Of a stretch of DNA of 60,892 nucleotides, positions 1 to 10,754 are shown piece by piece. This stretch comes from a virus (lineage: Duplodnaviria > Caudoviricetes): IMG/VR virus record IMGVR_UViG_3300046777_001724, positions 1 through 60,892 of that record. One strand, given 5' to 3'. A model generated the notes under the pieces. That model made no database searches, had not been told where the DNA came from, and saw only the letters and a program-made list of their open reading frames with translations. The first letter of the stretch is position 1; each line of letters starts with the position of its first letter. A program made the translations under genes and the position numbers.

Positions 1-1420
1 AAACAGATATATCTCCAGTGACAACTCCGCCATCTTTCAATAGATATTGTGGGTGATGATCTTCCTCTAATCCTGCTAGGCTAGCGTGATTAGATAGTAG
101 GTCGCTTTCATATTTAAGTTGATATTCTGAGTTTTTAAATACATTTACATAAGGATCACTTATTACATTAAGTACGACTTTTTGCTTTTGAGCCCCTTTG
201 AAAGATAACTGAAATATATAATTACAGTATTTCCTCTTGTTATTAATTAGTCTTAATAATGAATCTATTTTTGAATTTATTATATGATTTCGCTCAATCA
301 TGTCCGTTAATATCATTCCCATATTGGCATTGATTACATTGGTCGCTATGACTAATTCGGATGCCAAAGTTGGAACTACAGAAGATAAAGCTGTTGTATA
401 AAAATTAAGTTCCATTGGAGAACTTATATCTTTTCTAAAGGTCAAGGCCTGCTTTAGGTATCTCTTATAAAAGATCTCACAATGATCTGTATAATCTTTT
501 TTTAATACTTCTAAAAAGTTTTCTACTTCTTCATTAACTGCGTCTAATCGAATCGAGAAAAATGCTTGGAATTCAATGGCTTGCTTTTGAGTGACTTTAT
601 CCACTTCGGAAGGAGGGAGTTCCCCTGGTTTCGATATGATGATTTCGCTAATGCGTTTCGCGTTGTGTAATGCGACCTTTGCCCATGCATCGAATTGCAC
701 GCCAATTTGTTTCTGTGAATCGTCTTCATATTCCTCCCTAAATATACTATCTAACATGTTTTTTATTTCATATCCTTCATTTATAATGAAGCTAGAAAGA
801 TTTCTTAAATCTAAGAGATAAGAAAATACAGAGTGTGATGTGATTTTATTGTATTCTTTTATTAATCTTCTGGATACGTTTGATCCAGATCTAAGTGCGT
901 ATAAATATTCTTCAAAAGATATATGTATTGGATAATAATCTTCTACAGAAATATATTTACCAGTAGTCTCATCAAATGTTGGACTTCCTCCGGCATATAC
1001 TTTTTCTTCTTCAATTAAATCTTCAATTTCTACAGAATTAAACTTGCATACTTCTTTCCAAAGCATTCTATGAGTTTCTTCTAGCCTTGGAGATATAGAG
1101 TAGTCAATATTTATATTAGACATTAAATCTTCTATTTGACCTATAATATTTAGGTGTTGGAATATTGATTCATTAACTTCCATTCTAACCGATTCTAATG
1201 GAACATAATATTCATCTCTAAATGAAGTATCACCTTGGTTTGGAATAATTCCATTAAAAAGTTTTTTAGCTAATCTTTCTGGATTATCATCATAAAAGTA
1301 AGAAGAGCTGTCATCTATTCCTTCATATGTTCCAGTGTTTTCGTTAAAGAATTTTGATCCACCAGAATACATATTCTTATCCTGTCCAGGCATTTGGTTT
1401 TCAATGTTATTAATTGACAT
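1..1420 (-). CDS. Partial virion structural protein (runs off the window), contains H-x2-L-x-GL-x2-DHHPQYL motif
   Basis: ATG at 1420 with AGGAG SD. Absent from the ORF track, consistent with no stop in the window. The same frame reads NHASLAGLEEDHHPQYLLKDGG near nt 30-90, a motif common in phage tail/structural proteins. Confidence 0.7.
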   Translation of the reverse strand, partial: MSINNIENQMPGQDKNMYSGGSKFFNENTGTYEGIDDSSSYFYDDNPERLAKKLFNGIIPNQGDTSFRDEYYVPLESVRMEVNESIFQHLNIIGQIEDLMSNINIDYSISPRLEETHRMLWKEVCKFNSVEIEDLIEEEKVYAGGSPTFDETTGKYISVEDYYPIHISFEEYLYALRSGSNVSRRLIKEYNKITSHSVFSYLLDLRNLSSFIINEGYEIKNMLDSIFREEYEDDSQKQIGVQFDAWAKVALHNAKRISEIIISKPGELPPSEVDKVTQKQAIEFQAFFSIRLDAVNEEVENFLEVLKKDYTDHCEIFYKRYLKQALTFRKDISSPMELNFYTTALSSVVPTLASELVIATNVINANMGMILTDMIERNHIINSKIDSLLRLINNKRKYCNYIFQLSFKGAQKQKVVLNVISDPYVNVFKNSEYQLKYESDLLSNHASLAGLEEDHHPQYLLKDGGVVTGDISV

Positions 1421-1428
1421 CTAAACTC

Positions 1429-3279
1429 CTAAAACATTCTTCTTGGTATTCTAGTAGAAGATCTATTCTTAGAAAATCCAGATGGCTTTATTGCAGAAGC
1501 TCTACCAGTAATTACCATTTTGGATTCACTTTCATCCTCTGTAACAGTTTTCTTGTTTGGCATAAAGAAAGAATTAGAGAAGGATTCTGTATTAGTGGCG
1601 TAAGACACCTTTGACAGTTCACCATAATTTTGTGTTATAGCGAGAAGAGCCAACATCAGTGCATCATGCGCATGATCCATTGCTGATCCTGCAGCTTCGA
1701 AAACAGGCCTACCTGTTTGAGTTGTTCTAACTACGACGTATGATATTAGTTGTAGATAAAGTTCTTCATCGTTTTCTGGAAAAAGTATATTTTCTCTTTC
1801 TAAAAACTGCCTTAAGTTATCTACCATAAAAGGTTTCATTTCTTTTTTTACAAACATTTTTGTATAAGGATCTCTTATGTCTAATGTTTCAGCAAAAGAA
1901 ACACCTTTTACTTTTTCTTTTAGACCGCTTCTTGGATCTTCTATTCCCTTTTTGTGTAATAGCTCTACTTGAACTTCTCCAAAGCCTCTGTCTACATATA
2001 TGTGTCTAGGATTAAAAATCGAATTAAGATCAACTATTCTGTCTACTGCTTTAGTTAAAGTGTATTCAGATCTTATTATTTCTTCTCTGTATATAACTCT
2101 TGTTTTATTTCTAAATCTTGCGTCTTCGTAATTTTCTGCACAAGCTTCAACTACAACAATGTTTGTTCCTGCACCATATTTGTCCCAGTCAACACCTATT
2201 GTAAAAAAGCTTCTAGCTGATGTTATTTCTGGTTCATAGTTCCATGATGGAGATACAAATGCTCTATCAACATACTTTCTTGGATAAACGCCTTCTGAAT
2301 CCTCTCCCCAGTCAGCCTCTATTTCATGTCTATATCCAGATTCTGAATATTGTTCCCTAAATTCATCTTCTTGATCTTTAGAAAAGTATGGGTTGCAATA
2401 AGATGGGAACCAAAACTCTCTAAACCTATTACTGTTGCACCATTCCCAAAAGCGTTCTCTTCTACCAGTTGGGGTTGATGCTCCCATTAACACTTTATCT
2501 GGTTGATCTTCTGCTGTTTTTTGAAGCATTGCATATAGTGCGTCTAGGTCGTCCGCATGCATGTAGTCCATTTCGTCAAGAATAATCAGATGTGCTTCCT
2601 GACCACGAGCTACGTCTGATTTTCCACCAGATCTCATACCTGACGTAAAGAATCTAATGGTTGATCCATTAGAGAATTGAATCATAAATTGTGGACTTGT
2701 TACTTTTCTCGTAATAGAATTCATGACTATATCATTTTTAGATGCAATTCTAATTATTTCTTGATATATCAATTCTACTTGAGTTTTCATAGGTGCAATA
2801 ACTAGACACCTGCCATCTTTATGTGTATAGCTATAATGCAAAAGATTAATAGCCATAGTAAATGTTTTACCTAAACGACGACCAGCTCTTAGAACTTTAC
2901 GAAGAGATGGGTGTCTAAGTATCATTATTTGATATACTCTTGGTTCTGCCCCAAGGAAATTCTTAGCCCATGTAACAGGGTCTTTAGCTATATGAATTTG
3001 CCTTTGTTGCTCTGCAGTTACGCCAAGACTTAATAGATCTTTATCTAGCTCAAATGGTTCATCTATTAGAAGGGCTAATTCTTCATTTGTAAAATCTCTA
3101 CTTAAAACAGGAGTGCCATCATTCCAGTTTAAGTGTTCAAGTTTATTTCTAAAAACCCATTCAATTCTATTTACTTGCTTTAATAATTCTGGGTCTTGAT
3201 CTTTTAATATATCTAATATGTCTTCCCTTGGAAGCTCAGATATTTTTTGTCTAAATTCTTTAGTTTTATCTATTATCAT
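1429..3279 (-). CDS. terL: Terminase large subunit
   Basis: Walker A (AGRRLGKT), Walker B (IILDEMD), motif III (ASTP), nuclease motifs IGVDWD, YVDRG and DHAHDA. Confidence 0.93.
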   Translation of the reverse strand: MIIDKTKEFRQKISELPREDILDILKDQDPELLKQVNRIEWVFRNKLEHLNWNDGTPVLSRDFTNEELALLIDEPFELDKDLLSLGVTAEQQRQIHIAKDPVTWAKNFLGAEPRVYQIMILRHPSLRKVLRAGRRLGKTFTMAINLLHYSYTHKDGRCLVIAPMKTQVELIYQEIIRIASKNDIVMNSITRKVTSPQFMIQFSNGSTIRFFTSGMRSGGKSDVARGQEAHLIILDEMDYMHADDLDALYAMLQKTAEDQPDKVLMGASTPTGRRERFWEWCNSNRFREFWFPSYCNPYFSKDQEDEFREQYSESGYRHEIEADWGEDSEGVYPRKYVDRAFVSPSWNYEPEITSARSFFTIGVDWDKYGAGTNIVVVEACAENYEDARFRNKTRVIYREEIIRSEYTLTKAVDRIVDLNSIFNPRHIYVDRGFGEVQVELLHKKGIEDPRSGLKEKVKGVSFAETLDIRDPYTKMFVKKEMKPFMVDNLRQFLERENILFPENDEELYLQLISYVVVRTTQTGRPVFEAAGSAMDHAHDALMLALLAITQNYGELSKVSYATNTESFSNSFFMPNKKTVTEDESESKMVITGRASAIKPSGFSKNRSSTRIPRRMF

Positions 3280-3281
3280 AA

Positions 3282-4691
3282 TTATCCAAAATGTGCAGCC
3301 ATCATACCAGCTTCAGATCCTAGCATAGATCTTGCATTTAATCTAGAGTTTTGAATGGCCATTACACCTCTAGCTCTTGAAGTAGCTGCTACTTCTGTAT
3401 CTTTATAGCCCATTCCAAATGTTGGTTTACTAAAAGATCCTTGTAGAGATTTTTCAGCGTCTCTTGCTAAATTGATACCACTCTTAATTACTTCCCCACC
3501 GATTTTACCTAGGTCATAGACTAAGGAAGCAGTAGCTAAAACATTTAAGCCAGGAATTGCAAGGGCTAAACCTCTTGCTCCAAGTGCTGTAGCCCCTGCT
3601 TTTGACATTAAGGCTTTTTTCATTCCTGCTTTTCCGATTGTCTTATAAACTCCGTCACCGCCTGCTTTTAGAGCTGCACGTGCAAGAACATCATCTCCAA
3701 GAGCTGCACCTAAGTGTGCTACTGCTTTCTCAGCACCCTTTGCTGCATAGGTATCTAAACCTGCAGCGTCGGCATAGCCCAATGCTCCTCTAAAGTATCC
3801 AGCTAAATATCTTGTTCCCTTACCACCCATTGAAGAGGCTAGTAAGTTTCCTCTTACTCCAACTTCTCCAATTCCTTTTCCAGTAACCGATCCAGCCATG
3901 CTTGATTCTATTAGACCTGGTGTAGAGGAAACAATTGATCCTGGTATTCTGCCACCATAAAGAGTAACATTAGGTTGTGCTATTGCAAAGTTATTCATTC
4001 CGGCTAATCTTTGAATAGTTCTATCCACTTTTGAAAGTTTATTAAGAGCTCTTTCACTTCCACCCAAAGCTCTTCTTTCTAAGATATCAGTTTTTCTACC
4101 TGCAGTAATTGCAGACAAAAGACCTGGTCCTAATATATTTTCTTCTGGGAGTGCATCTACTGTATCTGCTAATTTACCTAGTGGGCCAAATCTCATTTTT
4201 CCAGCACCTCTGACTCCACCAGCAAAAGAGTAAAGACCAGTTTCTGCTTGACTAAATACGCTAAGAGAACTCACTCTTCTTAAAGCTCTGGGCCTCATTG
4301 TTGCGTTGTTTACTCTTGCACCTTTATAAAAGGGGTCCCTCATTACTCTGCCAGCGCCAGTTACTCCGTTTGTTGTACCTCTGTATCTACCAAATCTAGT
4401 AAAAGCTCTATTGCTTACAGATGGTGTAAGTTGATTCGGTCCTGCTTTAGTAAAAGCTCCATACTTTGCAGCTCTTCTAGACCCTAGGGTTCTTCCACCT
4501 ATTTGTCTACCAGAGAACATTCTGTCATCCATGAAACCACCACCGGCCATCATGGTTCTAGAACCTCTTCCTGCGTTAAATAAGATTCCCGCAGATATTC
4601 CTGGTGCATGTTCCATAGCCCTTAGCGGCAATGGTGGCTGTGCTACCTCTCCTGCATAAACTTCTTGTCCTGTAAACGGATCTAATGGCAT
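3282..4691 (-). CDS. Gly/Ala/Arg-rich putative internal virion protein
   Basis: 469 aa, low-complexity G/A/R composition with a hydrophobic segment near the C-terminus; abuts terL. Confidence 0.6.
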   Translation of the reverse strand: MPLDPFTGQEVYAGEVAQPPLPLRAMEHAPGISAGILFNAGRGSRTMMAGGGFMDDRMFSGRQIGGRTLGSRRAAKYGAFTKAGPNQLTPSVSNRAFTRFGRYRGTTNGVTGAGRVMRDPFYKGARVNNATMRPRALRRVSSLSVFSQAETGLYSFAGGVRGAGKMRFGPLGKLADTVDALPEENILGPGLLSAITAGRKTDILERRALGGSERALNKLSKVDRTIQRLAGMNNFAIAQPNVTLYGGRIPGSIVSSTPGLIESSMAGSVTGKGIGEVGVRGNLLASSMGGKGTRYLAGYFRGALGYADAAGLDTYAAKGAEKAVAHLGAALGDDVLARAALKAGGDGVYKTIGKAGMKKALMSKAGATALGARGLALAIPGLNVLATASLVYDLGKIGGEVIKSGINLARDAEKSLQGSFSKPTFGMGYKDTEVAATSRARGVMAIQNSRLNARSMLGSEAGMMAAHFG

Positions 4692-4694
4692 TCG

Positions 4695-5295
4695 TTAGTA
4701 TCCATTTCTTGAATTATGCATACCTAGGACTATATTTCCAGATGCGTTAAGAGCTGCTGCTGTTGCTGAAGACTGATTACCATATGGTGATCTAGAATAA
4801 AAATCCCTATTGGCTGCAACATGTGCCACTGGTCCAGACATAGATGCTCCTAGGCCTAAACCTCCACCTATTGCTGCGCCTGCTACTGACGATAAGATCT
4901 TGCCTCTAACTCCACCACCAGCTCTACCAGATAACTTTGCTCCTGCAAATGCTCCACCAGCTACACCTGCTGAAGTCATTCCTATAATGCCACCAGTACT
5001 AACAGGTAACGGAGTCATCCTAGCTAAATCAGCTGGATTAGAATATCTCATAGCATTACCTAATAGTCCACCAGTTGCTTCTCCCATTAAGTATCTAGCT
5101 GACAAGCTTGAACCAAGAAAAGCTTGGTCTGCATTAGGATCTCCAAATGCTGCCTCTAGCATTGCATCTTTTGGGGCAGAGCCCATTCCTTTTGCTAAAC
5201 CAATTGTGCCAGCTGTTGCTGCTACTCCGTGCTAATACGCCTCTATTTCCAGCTAGTCTCCCTGTTACTGTGCTTATTTTATTTAAAAACGACAT
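4695..5295 (-). CDS. Glycine-zipper putative virion/membrane protein (extra base at 5229)
   Basis: ATG at 5295 lies 2 nt after the upstream stop. Removing one base (5229) joins it in frame to ORF 4695..5186. GxxxG-rich hydrophobic helices. Confidence 0.6.
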
Positions 5296-5297
5296 AA

Positions 5298-8276
5298 TTA
5301 CGCCCCATATAAGTGATTATATTTATTTGGTCCCATTTGAGTATGACCTATTTTATTTCGATCTAGATTACCAACTACACCAGCTGTTACAAGTGGGTCT
5401 CTTCTAAATGATGCCATATCAGATTGTGTCAATCTAGGACTTGATCTTCTTTGTCCACCATATTCAATTGGCTGTTGTTCAAGTGTCTCATCATACATTT
5501 GGTTTTCTTTATATCTACGATAACCATAGTAACCTATTCCTGCTGCTATTAGACCTAATCCTGCATTTCTAATATTAGTTTTATTTCCTATATAAAAATC
5601 TAATATTTTGTTGGCACCTAAACCTAGTCTTGATCTACTTACTCTAGTTCTAGCTTCTGATTCAATTCCATTTTCCATTATAAAAGAAGCTGTTCTATTA
5701 AGTGCGCTTACTGCTTCTTCTCCTGAAGATCTTGTAGCGCCGGCTGCAGTCAAGGTATAATCATCTGCAAAAGCGCCAACTCTTACTATGTCACCTTCGC
5801 CCATTTGATCTATGAAATCTGCCTGCATCATAGACACTAGTTCGTCGTTAGTTGCATCATAACCCTGTCTTGCTAGATTTCTTAAAGTTCTAGTTGCCAT
5901 TTCAGTATCGTCGTAAGCAAAGCCTATTCCACCTTTAGCTTCTGCCTCCAGTAACATATCTACGACGCTACCTTTTCCTGCAGAATCTATTGCAGCTGCA
6001 GTTGTCACTAATCTCTTATTTTCTTCCATCAATCTTTCCGAACCAGAGAGCGCATCGTGTTTCAACATAATATTATCTACCAATGATTCCATCATGGATC
6101 TTTTTTCAGCTTGAGATACATCAGAACCCATTTTCCAGAAAAGATTAATTTTTTCTGTTCCATCTGCGTTTTTAGCAGCACTCAATGAAACTCTACCAGC
6201 TTTCATTCCACCTTTTGAAGCCAAAACGTCATCTGCTACTTCATTGAGCATTGTTACTGGAACAAAGATTCTATTCGTTGATCGAATATCTCCACCAATT
6301 CCTTCTAGTAATCTTATTTCTTGTTGCCCCTTGAAGTGAGATACTCCATATTCTGGTAATATATCTGCAACATCTGCATATGCCAAGCTTTCTATCTGGC
6401 TAGTTAATTTTGCTACTAAAGCATCATCCCCTGCTTCTTGTGCACTTATTAATCTTTGAGTTAATACTCCTCTTCCAGACTTAGCTGTTTCTGCAGTAGA
6501 CTCTGCCATTACCGTACTGAATACCCTGCTTCTAATATCTAAATTGGAATATGTATTTCCCATGGCTTGAGAAATGCCTGCAAACTGTTGTGCTACTCCA
6601 AAGATTTCATCTCCAGATGCAGTAGGAGCTAATCCATAATTATTAAGTCCTACACTAAAACCAGAATTTGATGGAAGTCTACCTCTGGCAATATCCACCA
6701 TATCTGCAAGACTTGCTTGCTTGCCAAACATTCTATATGTTGCACCTATATTGTCTAGCAGTGATTCTTTAGTTAGATCTACAGCTGCTCCTGGAACTAT
6801 CGATCCTGCCATTCTTGACATTTCATTAATCTGATGAGCCTGAAGTATATTTACTCCAAGACTACCAATTCTCTCTGCATACTTATTTGCTTTTTGAACT
6901 GCTGGATTCCATGGAGTACTTATTGTCTCCATTGGACCAGTTGCGCCTGTAAGAGTTTCTCTTATTATTCTTTCAGCTTCATCTGTAGCGACTCTTGTTA
7001 CATTGTCGGATGTAGAATAATAATATCCAGTATATTTACCAGTTGCTCCTGGGCTGAATATATCATTATCCAATGTTCCATATTGCAAGTTTCCACCAAG
7101 TGGGTCAAGAACACCTTTTTCTAAGGTTAGAGAAACTCTTTGTTTAGCTTTATCATCTCTCATAATAAAGTCAAAAATATCTGTAGATATATCTTCAACG
7201 CTAGAAATATTTGTAGTAACAGTCAATGCTGATGATCTAGCTATAGCTTTTTGTGCGGCTACGACTTGATTATTGTATCTTGTTCCCCTTGGGGTTACTT
7301 TTAACATTTTTCCAGATCCAGATGGATCATCTTCAATAAGATATTTAGACATATATGTCTGTAGTGCAGAGTCTGTATCTGCTACGTGAGTACCTTTAAA
7401 TATGTTATCGAATACTTCTTGTGCAAAAGTATCTCCACCTTCAGCATCTTTATACAAAAGATCAATAAGGTTTGTATTTAGAGAGATTGCTTCCATTGAT
7501 GCATACGGCGCTGATCCACCTGATCTTATTCTTGCTAAAAATTCTGGTGAATATATTAGTTCTCTAAATTTATCTAGTCTAGCAAACTCATCTGCACTCG
7601 ATGCTGTAGCTAATAACTCATTAACTTGATCTTGTAAATAAACCCTAGAAAACTCTAGGGTATCTACGACTCTTCCTTCTTCAGATACGGCTGCTAATAG
7701 TCTAGACACTGCTGACTTAGCTGCAGTATTAGAATCATAACCTTCCATTTGTTTCATTGTACTAGTTAAAGAACCTATGTCAAAAAATATATTATGACCA
7801 GCTATAACATTTGATTCTAATAAGTTATCTATAAATTTTACTGATTCATCTAAGAAAGTTGTTGGATCCTTTAAAGGAAGTCCTCCAGATTCTCTTGTTA
7901 AAAATTGATTTACCGTTAGACTTGTTGCTGCGTTTCTATTTACGACAGTTAATCCACCTAACTGTTCAGACGCAAAGTTCATGGTTGTTCCATCAACTTG
8001 TTTAATGACTCCATTGGTCATTTCAGTTATAGATTGAGACCTTGTCTGTGCCCCTCTAAAGATTCCAGTAGTTTCAACGTCGAATGTCTTAACTACTCTT
8101 GCTGTTCCATCTGGATTCGTTCCGCTTAATAAGCTAGATAAATCTTGTCCTGCAACTTGCTTTAATTGTTGGAAGCCCATTAAATTACTTGATCCAAAAT
8201 TAAAAGCTTCTATTCCAACTTTATCTGGATCTACGTTAAACATTGCCCTATTAAGCAGTACCATCAATGGGTGCAT
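5298..8276 (-). CDS. Large putative virion protein with DEDDh (DnaQ-like) exonuclease domain and C-terminal TM helix
   Basis: ExoI FDVETTG, ExoII AGHNIFFDI, VDTL, ExoIII HVADTD; TM segment AGLGLIAAGIGYYGY. Probably continuous with 8264..8737. Confidence 0.7.
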   Translation of the reverse strand: MHPLMVLLNRAMFNVDPDKVGIEAFNFGSSNLMGFQQLKQVAGQDLSSLLSGTNPDGTARVVKTFDVETTGIFRGAQTRSQSITEMTNGVIKQVDGTTMNFASEQLGGLTVVNRNAATSLTVNQFLTRESGGLPLKDPTTFLDESVKFIDNLLESNVIAGHNIFFDIGSLTSTMKQMEGYDSNTAAKSAVSRLLAAVSEEGRVVDTLEFSRVYLQDQVNELLATASSADEFARLDKFRELIYSPEFLARIRSGGSAPYASMEAISLNTNLIDLLYKDAEGGDTFAQEVFDNIFKGTHVADTDSALQTYMSKYLIEDDPSGSGKMLKVTPRGTRYNNQVVAAQKAIARSSALTVTTNISSVEDISTDIFDFIMRDDKAKQRVSLTLEKGVLDPLGGNLQYGTLDNDIFSPGATGKYTGYYYSTSDNVTRVATDEAERIIRETLTGATGPMETISTPWNPAVQKANKYAERIGSLGVNILQAHQINEMSRMAGSIVPGAAVDLTKESLLDNIGATYRMFGKQASLADMVDIARGRLPSNSGFSVGLNNYGLAPTASGDEIFGVAQQFAGISQAMGNTYSNLDIRSRVFSTVMAESTAETAKSGRGVLTQRLISAQEAGDDALVAKLTSQIESLAYADVADILPEYGVSHFKGQQEIRLLEGIGGDIRSTNRIFVPVTMLNEVADDVLASKGGMKAGRVSLSAAKNADGTEKINLFWKMGSDVSQAEKRSMMESLVDNIMLKHDALSGSERLMEENKRLVTTAAAIDSAGKGSVVDMLLEAEAKGGIGFAYDDTEMATRTLRNLARQGYDATNDELVSMMQADFIDQMGEGDIVRVGAFADDYTLTAAGATRSSGEEAVSALNRTASFIMENGIESEARTRVSRSRLGLGANKILDFYIGNKTNIRNAGLGLIAAGIGYYGYRRYKENQMYDETLEQQPIEYGGQRRSSPRLTQSDMASFRRDPLVTAGVVGNLDRNKIGHTQMGPNKYNHLYGA

Positions 8277-8737
8277 TGCTCCGTCCGTGCACCTCTTGCT
8301 GTATCTACTTCATAACGAAATAATCTTCTATATATGTTTGCAGAAGGTAACTCTACATTTGGAAGACCATGCTTTCCCAATAGTGTTGGGAGCATTAGTA
8401 TTTCATCTCTGAATTTTTGTTCAAGTTGTTTTGCGACGTCTTTTCTTAAAATGCTTAGGTCTATTTTTCCACCAGCTTTAAGAAAATCTATATCTACACC
8501 AGCTGCTTTTGTTGGGTCTAGTCCAGTTTCTAGTGCATTTTTGTATAATGATTCAAAATTTTGATATCTAGTGAGAAACTCATCTGAAGTTCCAAAAACT
8601 CTTTGGAACTCTGTATCAGAAACTATCTTGCCAGATGCGTACTTACCAAAACCAGGAGCTGCTGCTGGATTAGATATTATCCTTCCTACAGCTGTTACAT
8701 GTGAGGGTAACGGTTTTCTACTGTTCGGATATACCAT
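8264..8737 (-). CDS. Hypothetical protein, probable N-terminal part of 5298..8276
   Basis: Overlaps the next ORF without a well-spaced SD; removing two extra bases (8283, 8287) fuses them. Confidence 0.55.
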   Translation of the reverse strand: MVYPNSRKPLPSHVTAVGRIISNPAAAPGFGKYASGKIVSDTEFQRVFGTSDEFLTRYQNFESLYKNALETGLDPTKAAGVDIDFLKAGGKIDLSILRKDVAKQLEQKFRDEILMLPTLLGKHGLPNVELPSANIYRRLFRYEVDTARGARTEQCTH

Positions 8738-9467
8738 TTTCTATTTCTTCTATTTGTGGTTTTTCTTGTGCTTCTATATATTCGTCGACTTCATAAATGC
8801 CAAGCTTCTTCTTTAGCATTTTTTCTCTTTCTATTTCTATAGATTGAACTTTATATAAAATATCAGAAATAGCTTGTGCGCTATCTGCTTGCATTTGTCC
8901 AACTTTTGCTTTTGCTTCTCTAGTTGCTAAAAGTTGATTTCTTAAATCTTTTCTTCTCTTATGAAGTTTATCTTCTAATTCTACAGCTAAGTGAAGTTCT
9001 TTCTTCAAAATTGGTTCACCTGTATTAGAATCTATTCCAATAATATTCTCCTGAATGAAATGCTCTTTGGCTAATAGTTTTGTTTTTCTAAGATATTGAA
9101 CTTCTTGATCCACCAAGTCTCTCACCATAGAAACTTCCACTAAATTATCTGCTTGAACATCTAATTGATCCATGTACTCTGCTGTAAATTGAGAAACTAT
9201 AGACATCTCTATAGGACATGGATTTCCCTTTGGTGCTAGATTTTCTTTCATTAAAGGACATGTGTCTGCAAAGATGCACTTAGTAGCCTCGCATGACATT
9301 GGTATCGATGAGAACATTGTTGATCTTGTTCTTTGAGGCCTAACAAGGTCTACTACTTTTTGCTTATCTTGCTCTGACCATGATTCGGGCAAAAATAAAT
9401 CTGGTCTTAGTGATTCAAATTCTTTAAGAAAATTTGTTTTATCATTATATTTTTCTACATTAGACAT
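8718..9467 (-). CDS. Cys-cluster helical protein (possible terminase small subunit)
   Basis: CEATKCIFADTC...CP cluster followed by coiled-coil; located in the packaging operon. Function is a guess. Confidence 0.45.
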   Translation of the reverse strand: MSNVEKYNDKTNFLKEFESLRPDLFLPESWSEQDKQKVVDLVRPQRTRSTMFSSIPMSCEATKCIFADTCPLMKENLAPKGNPCPIEMSIVSQFTAEYMDQLDVQADNLVEVSMVRDLVDQEVQYLRKTKLLAKEHFIQENIIGIDSNTGEPILKKELHLAVELEDKLHKRRKDLRNQLLATREAKAKVGQMQADSAQAISDILYKVQSIEIEREKMLKKKLGIYEVDEYIEAQEKPQIEEIENGISEQ

Positions 9468-9630
9468 TAAAATCTATCCATTCACTAGAGTATCTTCCAT
9501 TTTCTTGAAACTTTTCAAATATTCCGCTTTTACATATGGAACAATATAAATCTCTAAAAAATAGACTTTCTTCAAAATCATAATATTCAGATACGAGCGT
9601 CATTCTTGCATCGCATCTGGGGCAGTTCAT
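9460..9630 (-). CDS. Small zinc-ribbon protein (56 aa)
   Basis: MNCPRCD...YCSICK; overlaps both neighbouring genes. Confidence 0.7.
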   Translation of the reverse strand: MNCPRCDARMTLVSEYYDFEESLFFRDLYCSICKSGIFEKFQENGRYSSEWIDFNV

Positions 9631-10040
9631 GATATTTCTTCGAGTAGTTTCATTAAACCTTTTTGAAGCTTTTCTTGAACATCTGCATCTTGTGCTGCCC
9701 CAACAAAAAGACTAACATCTCTAACCTCATCTGCTGAGAGATAGGATGTAATCTTGTATCTTGCACCTTTGCATATATCACAGTAATTTTCTTTTTGATC
9801 AGAAAAGCATATACACTTTTCTATAACGTCAAAATTTTCAAGACATCTTGCGATATCAAACCATCTATTTTTAAATAGCTTTTTTGTTTGTTCTTTATAT
9901 GCTCTTAATTTCTGCTGATCATTAGAAAGAAGCGTTCCCATATCTAGAGAATGCTTCATTAAATCGTTAATACTTTTATATAAAAAGTTTGCTAATTGAA
10001 AATCACCATTTTGATCTATATAACTTTTCCAGTCACTCAT
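9627..10040 (-). CDS. Hypothetical protein with CxC..CxxC
   Basis: ORF track, operon packing. Confidence 0.7.
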   Translation of the reverse strand: MSDWKSYIDQNGDFQLANFLYKSINDLMKHSLDMGTLLSNDQQKLRAYKEQTKKLFKNRWFDIARCLENFDVIEKCICFSDQKENYCDICKGARYKITSYLSADEVRDVSLFVGAAQDADVQEKLQKGLMKLLEEIS

Positions 10041-10070
10041 AATACATTATACATCTTTCTAAAAAAATAA

Positions 10071-10445
10071 TTAAGCGTATCTTCCGCTTCCCTTTGCAGT
10101 TCTCATTGAAGGAGGACTATATCCACCTCTAGATCCACTTCTATTTCGATACATACCCACACCACCCAAGGCTACGCCTCCTGCTGCATAACGCCTTCCA
10201 ACTTGGAATTGTCTGGATCTGATAGCTGCATTTCTTACTGTCTCTGCTCTTTGTTGAGCCATTATTGAAGGAATGCCTGAGGTTCTTATTGCGCCTGACG
10301 ATACACCTTTATCATAAGCAGCACCTGCTCTTGCTAGATACTTTGCAGATTTTCCTTTACCTGCATCAATATATGGTGCAGCTTTTGCTGATGACATTCC
10401 TAAAAAATCTAGAACTGTACCAACAGCCTTGCCTCTAACTGCCAT
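10071..10445 (-). CDS. Basic Gly/Ala-rich small protein, putative virion protein
   Basis: Starts MAVRG; glycine-rich hydrophobic segment followed by a basic tail. Confidence 0.65.
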   Translation of the reverse strand: MAVRGKAVGTVLDFLGMSSAKAAPYIDAGKGKSAKYLARAGAAYDKGVSSGAIRTSGIPSIMAQQRAETVRNAAIRSRQFQVGRRYAAGGVALGGVGMYRNRSGSRGGYSPPSMRTAKGSGRYA

Positions 10446-10456
10446 AGCCTATCTTC

Positions 10457-10714
10457 CTAGTATCCGTACATTCCAGTTGGTCTACCTGAGCTCTTAGAAA
10501 CTCCGGGACCTCTTCTGCTTCTCATTGCGCCAACACCCATAACACCACCAGCTACTGCTGCTGATCTTACCTTCCCTGATCTTGCCAACATCTTAGGATC
10601 CATGGTGCTTACGTTTTTTCTTCCTATAGCACCAACTTTACCAAAGAACCCTTTGGCATCTTTGGCTTGAGAAAACATGCCTCTAGCTGCACCTGCAACT
10701 GATCTTACTGCCAT
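10457..10714 (-). CDS. Basic Gly/Ala-rich small protein, similar in layout to 10071..10445
   Basis: Starts MAVRS with GGAGG SD; same architecture. Confidence 0.65.
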   Translation of the reverse strand: MAVRSVAGAARGMFSQAKDAKGFFGKVGAIGRKNVSTMDPKMLARSGKVRSAAVAGGVMGVGAMRSRRGPGVSKSSGRPTGMYGY

Positions 10715-10754
10715 TTAGACCTCCAAAATAACATTTCATACTACAATAGTAATA

